From: Eledone cirrhosa
Taxonomy: Eukaryota
Assembly (NCBI GenBank): GCA_964016885.1
Contig: OZ024746.1
Coordinates: forward strand, 71,238,001-71,302,000
Direction of reading: 5' to 3'
DNA length: 64,000 nucleotides
Shown here: piece after piece, positions 54,355 to 64,000 of the stretch
Layout of the letters: each line of letters starts with the position of its first letter
Numbering within the stretch: position 1 is the stretch's first letter
Notes under the pieces: generated by a model
Databases searched by the model: none
The model's input: only the letters and a program-made list of their open reading frames with translations
What the model was told of the DNA's origin: nothing
Translations under genes and position numbers: made by a program

Positions 54355-56609
54355 TTACTGTTTTTTCCTGACTTTATGCGAGGCTTGGAATGTAGATAAA
54401 GCTTTATGAAGGCAGTTTGAGAATAATTCACTTTTTTTGTTAATTAAGTTTTCATAATTATTAATTATCAATAGGGTCTCCTTTGTACAGAGGCCGCAGT
54501 TAATTGATATACTTGAGTTGCAATAAACTCCACTATTACAAAGTTTCGTCCAAAAGATCGAGTATTTTAAATTTTTGTCTTTTAATGACCATATAAGCTG
54601 TGATAAAGAAGTCGAAGATTTCCTATTAGAATTCGAGAATGAGCATTTATGATTCGTAAATCTAGCCTTAAATGTAGAAGTCGCTCCTATGTAGTTGTAT
54701 GTGTTGTTATCAGTTTTTACGGTGCATTTATATACCAAATTACTATACAGACAATTATTTTGCAGAGGGCAATCTGGTTTATTTCTACAATTACATTTTG
54801 ATTTATTATTATTTATGTTAACACTATTATTTATATCATTATGTTGATTTTGATTTAGAATTTTACTGTTTATTTTAGCAATGTTTTGGGCCATATTCAT
54901 AGTTGTAGAATAAGATAATTTAATAGTGTGTCTGTTAAAAATGGAATGGTATTTATGTTGACTAGGGAAGGAGCTATCCACAGCTTTAAAGAATAGATTA
55001 GCTATTGGTGTTCTTACTGCTACAGAAGCAGGGTGGGGGGGGGGACCATATAACTGATTTAGTTCTGGTTCTTTTCCTCGATTTGTTCACAGTATAGGTG
55101 TTTGAATTATAATTACTAGAATTTATAGAATTTCGTTTATATATGCTATTATTTTTATCAGGATTAAAACTTAGATAATTATTATCTACATATTCTATAT
55201 TATTTACATAACCTGGTCTTTTTAGCGCTTCATTGTAATATCCTGCATTTTCATCAAATATTGCTTTATTGGCAGATATTTTATTAATCTGTTTTTGCAC
55301 ACTATTCACAATTGCTTTTTTTACTGACTTAGGGTGATTGGAGTAATAACTAACGTAATTTAAGTTTTCATTGGGCTTATGGAAGGGTAATAAAAGCCAG
55401 AGTTTAAGTTAAACGTAACATCAAGGAAATTAACTATTTTGGTACCACTTTCTACTTCTAGCTTAAGGTCATACATTTTAAAGAATTCAATTATATTTTT
55501 CTTTACCCTATTTAGTTCAATATTGTTGTGTTTGACAACCGTAAATAAAATGTCGTCCCTATATAAACCACCGGTAATCTCCGGCAGTTTTCTATTTATC
55601 ATATTTAATATGAAAATCCCAGAAGATCTGTGATTTGCGCTGAATCAGATGACCCCATGGTAATATCAAAATTTCTATTTCTATCTGAGCGTTCCAATAC
55701 TCATTGTCGAAGCTAACAAGAGTTCTTCTAGCTGTTAATATGATATCAATTTTATCCGTGGTTAGATCAGTATGCTTGTAAGCGTATGATAGAGCCTTAT
55801 TTAGTAGGTTGGGCGTTATGGAAGAATAATAGCTTGTTATGTCCATCTGGATGAATTTACGGTTTTTCTATTCATCTATATTCTTATACCATTCAATGAC
55901 TTCGTTTGTATCTTTCCACAAGCTCAATTTAGACCTCAATTTCAGAGCAGGTAGAATTCTATCAATAATGTTTTTACTGATTACTCCAATATCCGATTTG
56001 GATGGAGCAATCAGTCTAACTGGCAGGTCTTACTCGAAGTTTCTATTGTGATCTTTAAAATTGATCCGCGGCTGCCTAGGTATAAGTGGCTCTGTTCTTC
56101 CTTCGATTCCTAATTTGGTAATTAATTTATATGCATCATCATTAATGTCTGTAAGATCTTCAGCCGGGGCTTTTTTATAGTTTTTCCTAAGTTCCTTTAA
56201 AATCAAGTTATTATATTCTTTATTTATCCCATATAAATTGTTTGTTTTGTCCGATTTAACCAATAATTTGTTAACTTTTTTTATTTCCGTGATTTTTTTC
56301 TTTTAGAGTTCTAAGGTTTAGACCTATATATGGGTTTTTCCTAAATTTAATTTTTTTAAGTATACCGAGCATTTCAGTTTCAAAATCCTCCAGGAGTTTG
56401 TTGTATGGAGGATTCTTTCTTGATTTAAATAAAGATTCGAAATGATTGCTGTTGGTTTTTCTTTTAGCATCTTTATTTTCGAAATGAAATGCTCGCCATC
56501 TCATTCTTCTTATAAAAGAGTTTGTTTGTTCGATAATTTTCCTCATGTATTCCTCATTTGATTGTATTGGAATATCCTTGAGAGATGCCGGGAAGGTAAA
56601 GAAATCCAT
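54355..56609 (-). pseudogene. PLE RT-GIY-YIG ORF with multiple frameshifts
   Basis: SLKDIP..IRRMRWRAF, KSDKTNN, DITSYYSSI, GLYRDD, VNFLDVTFNL, CNCR..CPL..C, LVY..YIG, FKARF.NH, CGLC..E, INKKSE..CLH. Confidence 0.9.
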
Positions 56610-56930
56610 ATTTATTGAATATGGAATCTATTGTATAGAAAATCGCTCAACCAACTGGGAGCAATATATATTAAAGCGTTAAACAAGATTCAATGAGTAC
56701 ATAAAAGAATGAGTTTTACAGTACATTGGAAGCACTCTACAGCAGATATTTTCCAGAGTTATTAATATTAATTCAAATATTAACAAAATAGATATTCTTG
56801 CGATCAATTAAATTTTAGTATACATATTACAGAGGCACTGGATCAAGTTCAACAGTACGTCCTCATCAGATAAAATAAAATGATACATATAAGTATATGT
56901 ATAAGTATATGCATATGAGTATATATATAT

Positions 56931-56987
<57 letters not shown>

Positions 56988-57146
56988 TATGTATATGTAT
57001 ATATACTCATATGCATATACTTATACATATACATATGGATATATATAGATACACACACACATATATATATACATATATACATACACAAACAGCACGCACA
57101 CACACACATATATATGTGTATATATATATGTATATATATGTATATA

Positions 57147-57178
<32 letters not shown>

Positions 57179-57203
57179 CATATACATACACATATATATA
57201 CAC

Positions 57204-57391
<188 letters not shown>

Positions 57392-57510
57392 GTGTGCTGT
57401 TCATGTATGTATGTATAATATCTATATGCACGTATATATGTCTATGTGTTTGTATGTGTGTGTGTGCATATATATATAATAAAATGTAGAGAAGGAGCAC
57501 ACGAGTAGGA

Positions 57511-57542
<32 letters not shown>

Positions 57543-57742
57543 ATAGGGAGAAAAAGAGGATTATTAGGAAGAAAAATATCTTTTTTCCCCTTTTATTTTT
57601 CTCTCTTTTTTCTGGGTTAGAAAATGTTTAAAACAAAATATTTTACTTTGTGTGAAGTGTTAAGGTATTAGTTAATTTATTTATTAATTAACAATTGCAT
57701 TTATTTATTTATTTATAGATTTAATAATTGTCTATTACCGGT

Positions 57743-57806
<64 letters not shown>

Positions 57807-58022
57807 CCAATTTGTAGAAAACTTATAATGAAATGATCGTTTGGAAAGATAGATGTATTTTAATTATGTCTCATATAAAATAATACAACTGGCTATCCGC
57901 AAAATACGTATAGTTATCACCCCAAACGTATAATTGGGATTATACTAAGGTATATCCTAATGTTTGTTGAGTGAGACCGAAGCCGGTCGGAGTATTGCTT
58001 AAAGCTTTCTCTGTTAATGTAT

Positions 58023-58078
<56 letters not shown>

Positions 58079-58383
58079 CAAACACACGTGTATGTCTATG
58101 TCTTTATATATATGTTTATATATATATATCTATATATACTTAATTATAGTGTAATGTTGAGATAATAAAGGACAAGTCTGTCAGCAACCAGTTTTATGTC
58201 GAGAATGTGTTAACTATTGATTAGTTACGTCTTTCTTTAAAGCCATCTTCAGGACTCGCTTAGTCACCTTTGATTTCTGTGAAACAACTGACCAGTAGTT
58301 AAACAATGACAACAATGAATACAAGGATTCAGTCTAGATATCAATTCTGTCTGTTTGTCCCTGTCTGTCTCTGACCTGCAGTG

Positions 58384-58572
58384 AGCGGTGGATTGGCAGT
58401 ATCGGTAGAGGGTCGGACGCCATGCTTTGCAGCAGAGAGTTACGGCCCTTTATGATCTGAGTTCAAATCCCTCTGAGATTAACTTTGCCTTTCATCCTTA
58501 CGAGGTCGATGAAATAAAGTACCAGTTATACACTGGGGTATTGCTGGCCTTGTGCGAAAAGTAGAAACAATA
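58384..58572 (+). mobile_element. SINE (main family)
   Basis: Homologous to the other copies. Confidence 0.85.
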
Positions 58573-58623
58573 AAGAAATATATCTATATCTGTTTATTTC
58601 TTTCTACCATTGAACGTTTGTCC

Positions 58624-58732
<109 letters not shown>

Positions 58733-58801
58733 CATTTATCTACCTTCTCTCTCTCTCTCTTTATATCTATCTATCTCTGTCTATCCATTTATCTACCTAC
58801 C

Positions 58802-58886
<85 letters not shown>

Positions 58887-58894
58887 ATATATCT

Positions 58895-59604
58895 ACCGGT
58901 TCGTGACAAGATCTACAGGCACGGACGCCCCGGCAGGGATCCTTCCAAGAGGACGTGTCCAAGATGCGCGCAGGACATTGAAACAGTCCTGCACGCAATT
59001 ATACACTGCCCGGGCGTAACCGACCCGTGGAACTATGCAGAACAACTGCTGTCGCGTATGGGACAAATCCAGTTGACTGCCGAGTCCATAGTAAGGATCA
59101 AACCGCCAGCCTCTTTCAAAAATGAAAGAGAGGCGGTTTTCCTTTGTACAGTGGCTATGGTGAAAGAGGTTATATGGTGGACGAGATTGAGAGGACTGAG
59201 GACAGATGCCTTTCTCTCCGGACAACAATTGATTCCCTTCTTTAAGTATCACTTTAGAAGGAGAATCAGAGTGGAGAGAGAGACACTGCACCCCAGTAAG
59301 TTTACTGAAAGGTGGGTGAATGAAGCGAAAATGGCCCGAGTGATTGGGTTTTCTCTGTTTATAAGCCTGTAGGTTACAGAAGAGAGCAAAAGGAAGAAAG
59401 GAGCACTTGCACAACACGCTCCTGGAGTTGAGGGTTGTTTTATCGACGGGGTATTAAACAACCCATTTGTGGCGCTTCCCCCCTATTCGGGATTTCGATT
59501 GTTATAATTGTTTGTTTATATTTTTTACACGACTGTATGTAAAATCCCCGGCATGTCTTTGTATTATCCCCTTTTCTTGTGCGCCCTTGTGGCAAATAAA
59601 GAAA
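58895..59604 (+). mobile_element. L1/Tx1-type LINE 3' fragment
   Basis: LPVRDK, CPRC..ETVLHAIIHC zinc motif, KEVIWWTR..FTERW, AATAAA, and a (TATC)n tail. Confidence 0.85.
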
Positions 59605-59842
59605 TCTATCTATTCCTCTATCTATCTATCTATCTATCTCGAAGAAGATAGACGTGTTTTTGTTTCGCTCCTGCATTTTGTCGGAATTTATTACGAGAAG
59701 CGGTAGGTTTATTTAAGCTACTTGTTATTTGTTGTGTTTAACCCTCGCCTGGGACTGCAGACGTTGGGTAAAATAAATTTCGCTCCTTTTTGGGGCGAAA
59801 TTTGATAGTTATAAGTTATCGATAAAAAGTCATTTAGTGACA

Positions 59843-61719
59843 ATGGACGCCATTAACACGACGCATGTCCCCCCCCCCCAAGGAAAGTGATAGAGAGAAG
59901 GTAGCAGCACAATGCTGTAAACCTTCCCTCTCCACTCCCACAAAAGACACCACGGAGTCAAAAGAAAAAATTGTGGAAATGGGTGAAAACCCCAAAAGTA
60001 ACAATTACACAAACAAGAACAACAATGACAATAACAACACAACCTACAACAGCAATAATGACAATAACAACGCAACCAACAACAGCAATAATGACAACAC
60101 CAACAAAGGAAAAAAGCAAGCCAACACGAATAACAACAACAACAATGATAACAACACGAAAGAAAACGGACCCACAGCTGCAGTCTCCTTCGCACAGGCG
60201 GTTCGAGAAACGCAGACATACAAGGCACTGGACATCTCGAATGCCAAGAAATTGCTGAAAGAAACAAGGAATTGTGTAAGTTTCGGGGAAGGTGGAGAAT
60301 TCACAATTACCTCCCCCGAAGAAATTAGAAGGGACACAATCGTCAGGACCGTAATTTTTAGGACAGTTTCGAACGCGACTAGGAAACCGGCTCAATTGTC
60401 CCAAACCGAAATTGAGGTGGTCCTAAGTAGTGCCTGGAAGGATATCGCTTTCATACAGAAAGGGAAACTGTATGGAAGCAGATCTGTTTTAATACAAGAT
60501 GAATTGGCGGCATGGAAATATTCTGTGTCGCCAATTGTATCCAAAGCACACACCTTTCCTCCCACATATTTGGGGAAAAGAACTCAAAAGATAAGAATCT
60601 CGGGCATCAGGCCAAATGTGAGCATTTGGTGGGTGCTAACGGGATTCTTAGAAGATGAGGACACAATCCTTTCGATAGGTGAATCGCCGGGGGCGTATTC
60701 AGCAGCAATAACCTTGAAGTTCTGGTCCAAATGAAACCAGAACGGATAGCAAGAATACCGCAGCGTGTGTCCCTGGATGAAGTTGCCTTCATAAACATTT
60801 CTGTTGAGGGCAGGCGGCCTTCATGCTACCACTGTTCAAGAAGTGGTCACCTGAGGGCTTCCTGTCCGTTTTAAATGCCCCCCCCCCCAAAAAAAAAGAC
60901 GCTTCTGCCCACCCCACACACAACAACACAACCACCACCACCACCACCACCACCACCACCACCACCACCACCACAAGAACCACAACAACACGAAAAAATA
61001 ACAACACAAGACACTGTCCCACCCAACCCCTCCCCACTTAAAATAAATACAAAAGCAACCACAACAAAATCTCAAAATATACCCCTCCCCAACAACACGG
61101 ACGAGGAGCCCTTATCAACGTCACACAGTGACGACGAGGGAGAACCCTTTCAACCGGTAAAAAGAAAGAAAAGAAGGCACCACATCAACAAAAATACAAC
61201 AAACACACAGCCACCAGCACAAACAGAACAAACATCACAAACAAAATAACCCCACCCCTCCCGAAAACATAACACATACTACAAAACGCAAACACACACA
61301 AGAACAACAAATAAAAACAAACACAACACAACAAAAACAGTATACATACATCAACACAAACAACAAAACACTTGTGCAAACAATAGACAGAGACCCTTCG
61401 GTGGAAAACCGAAGGGAAAATGTTCACCAACGCGGTGACTAAACGGCATTTAAAAATGATTAGGGTCCCAAGGGACACCTACGCAATGCTCAAACAGATC
61501 ATTCCTGAGGACGTGGGGAACCCCTGTACTAGACCTAGCAACCGCGTCCTCTTGAAATGTTTCCCCACCACCACCCCAGACACCCCTCCCCCACCAAACA
61601 CCCCCACTCCACCACACACTGATGTCCCCACCACATCCCAAACCACCACCCCACCAAACAACCCAGCCGACACCCCCATGGAAATTGTGCAGCCTGGTCC
61701 CCAGGAGAAGGACAGGTAG
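59843..61719 (+). pseudogene. Tx1-like ORF1 (gag-like, CCHC knuckle), frameshifted
   Basis: SFAQAV, PTYLGKR..IRISGI, and CYHCSRSGHLRASC at ~60824. Confidence 0.8.
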
Positions 61720-61762
61720 GTGTCTTTTCCTTTTTCTCCACTCTAAACTCTTCACCACCAAC

Positions 61763-64000
61763 ATGTTATAAGAGTTGGATGTTTAAATTTGCGCGGCCTG
61801 GGGATGTCCTGGAAGCAGGGCAAACTCTTATATGACCTCAGGTCGCACAGAATGGATGTGGTAGCTATTTGCGAGTCCAGGATCAGCAGCGAGCACCAAC
61901 TGGCCCCCATCTTCGACGACTTTGAGATCTATACATCCCTCTGTCAGTCGGGGGGTGGGGGCGGGGTGGTCGTTCTGCTGCGAAAACACCTGGGTATCGC
62001 AACACGGAAGGTACACCTGGACTCGGAGGGACAACTGGTGGTTCTAGACGTCGGCAGTAGTGAAGGTGGAGCCTTCAGGCTGGTGGCAGCGTATGCCCCA
62101 TCTGGGACACCGCGACCGGACTTCTTCCGACGCCTAGAGACTTTTCTGGGAACGTCTCGCTCTTTGCTTTTAGTGGGGGACTGAAAATGGTATCCTGGAT
62201 GCACGTTGGGACTATGTAGGGGCATGTCCCGATAGAGGGGGGTGTAACAGCCTCAAACGGTTAATCGGCCGATTTGATCTGGCCGATAGATATCGACTAG
62301 ATTTTCCGACTGTGCCACTGTGGGTGTGGACTAATCTCAGCGGAACATCTAGGTCGTACCTAGATAGGTTCCTAGTTAGAAATAAGGATAGGGACATATT
62401 AAGCTGTCCACGAATGTTCATGGTTGACTATTCGGATCACAAGTTGGTGACCGGAGTGGTCAACCTTGATAGAACCCATAGACAAGGGCCCGGTTACTGG
62501 AAGCTAAACTTGTCCTTACCGACAAACAAAGCTTACAGTAAGCGGATTAGCACTCTAGTTAAGCAGCGGTTGACGGGAGCAATTGTCAACAGCAGGTGGT
62601 GGGGATCTCTGAAGAGAGAAATTAGAATAGAATCGATAGGTTTTAGTCAGGAATTAGCATCAGATAGGAATAGAACTGAAAGGGAATTGATAGATAGAGT
62701 AGAAGAGGCGATTAGGAGTGGCAACGTGGCCGGCGTGCTGGCGTCAAGAACGGCCCTAGACCAGTTCTTTGACGCGAAGCACGAGGGCTGCATTGTCAGG
62801 AGTAAAATACGTGCTCTGGGTAACGAGGGAGCCAAAGCTGTTAGAGTGAGAGAGGCAAAAAGTGGAAACAAGTCCACGATTCGGGCTTTGAAGGACCAGG
62901 ATGGACGCGTGATCCTTGAACCTGAGCGGATGTGCGCGGCCTTTCAACGGCGCTTTGCACGACTGTTCGGGAGGGGCGGCGGGCCGGGTGGGGCCATGGA
63001 TTTCGGTCCATACCTCGTCGGTCTGCCGCGGCTCTCGGACGGGGAGGCGAAGTCCTGCGAAAGGTCGATTTCAACCGCTGAGATAGAGGAAGCGCTGAGC
63101 CAATGCGACAAACGCAAATCTCCCGGTCTACCATACGAACTTTATGTAGCGATGCCGGACTTGTTCTCCAATCTCCTCGAGGCGGTCTACTGCAACTGGC
63201 AACAGAACGGGAGAATTCTCAGTTCTGTGACCAAGGGCGTAGTCACGCTGGTGAGGAAAGACGAGAAGAAGGGGGATGACATAGATAACTTCGGGCCCAT
63301 AACTCTGCTAAATACAGAGTTAAAGATTTTGGCCAAGGTGTTAGCGAAGAGGTTGGCGCTTGTCGTCGGGAACCTGGTGGGAGAAGCGCAGACATGCGCA
63401 ATCCCGCCCAGGTCCATACACGACAACCTCCACCTCATGCGATAAATCGTAGAGAGGGTAGGGAACGAACCCGGCTTTGGTGGGGCCCTGATCAACTTGG
63501 ATCAATCTAAGGCGTTCGATAGGGTCGACCATCGGTACTTGGATGCGGTGCTCGCAGCGGCAGGCTTCGGACCCGTTTTCAGGGGCTGGATTGCTGCAAT
63601 GCACAGCAGCAACACCTGTTCGAGGGTCAAGGTGAACGGCTACCTCTCGGAGTCGTTCCAAATCGCGCGATCCATCCGACAGGGATGCCCTCTCTCATCC
63701 CTTCTGTATGTGCTGGCTCTGGAGCCACTACTGTGGAAGTTGGAGCTGTTGCAGGGAATCCCCTTGGAACTGGGATTGCGGAAAGCGGTGTCGGCCTACG
63801 CCGATGACGTGACAGTAATGGTGTCGTGCGCCTCAGAAATCGGGCAGATCGTCACTTTCCTGGAGGAATACGAAAGGTTTACAGGAACCAAGCTGAACCG
63901 GGACAAGTCCGTCGGTTTGCAGCTCGGAACGTGGAGAGGCAAACCGATGTCCTCCGACGGCGTCGTCGGACGCTGGACAGAGGGACCGGTGAAGCTGCTC
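61763..64000 (+). pseudogene. Tx1-like ORF2 (AP endonuclease + RT), stops and frameshifts
   Basis: GCLNLRGL, ICES, AYAP, LVGD, SYLDRF, SDHK, GYWKLN, KSPG, PITLLN, DQSKAFDRV, IRQGCPLS, AYADD. Confidence 0.92.

Larger units (their letters stand above)
52514..56887 (-). mobile_element. Near-full-length PLE (Hydra-like) with direct pseudo-LTRs
   Basis: Direct repeats 52514-52730 and 56670-56887, frameshifted single ORF 54355-56609, ~1.6-kb AT-rich 3' region, TA-rich flanks. Confidence 0.88.
59640..64000 (+). mobile_element. L1/Tx1-clade LINE, 5' part (runs off the window)
   Basis: 5'UTR, ORF1 and ORF2 (APE + RT), all disrupted. Confidence 0.9.

Noticed and set aside
54355-56609. Selenocysteine recoding or programmed frameshifting in the PLE ORF
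   Set aside because: The breaks are scattered indels typical of decay, not TGA codons at cysteine positions.

Overview
Eukaryotic, gene-poor, microsatellite-saturated DNA, most likely from an octopod cephalopod. That assignment is inferred from the SINE families and the (TA)n/(CA)n/(ATGT)n load. I can support no host protein-coding gene; nearly all ORF-track entries are microsatellite translations. The window is a retroelement mosaic. It holds a 5'-truncated R4/Dong-type RT-RLE element with an uninterrupted ORF (27.0-29.8 kb) and a decayed L1/Tx1 element plus 3' fragments. It also holds RTE fragments, an RTE-derived non-autonomous family, about 15 tRNA-derived SINEs, hAT MITEs, a ~145-bp satellite and an intron-containing tRNA-Leu(CAA) fused to a SINE. 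Penelope-like elements (PLEs) are the dominant theme: one near-full-length copy, several truncated copies and many 100-400 bp fold-back remnants sitting in (TA)n. These carry minimal type-I hammerhead ribozyme (HHR) motifs. The most notable observation is a bulged hairpin (RYTC-stem-loop-stem-T/TT/TA-GARY) shared by at least eight sequence-unrelated PLE tail families, with compensatory base changes. The inverted arms of several insertions end about 2-6 nt upstream of this hairpin, and the fold-back points fall in ribozyme stems. Together these suggest an HHR plus hairpin cis-signal module for PLE replication or integration. All alignments and folds were done by eye, so coordinates are approximate to a few bases.
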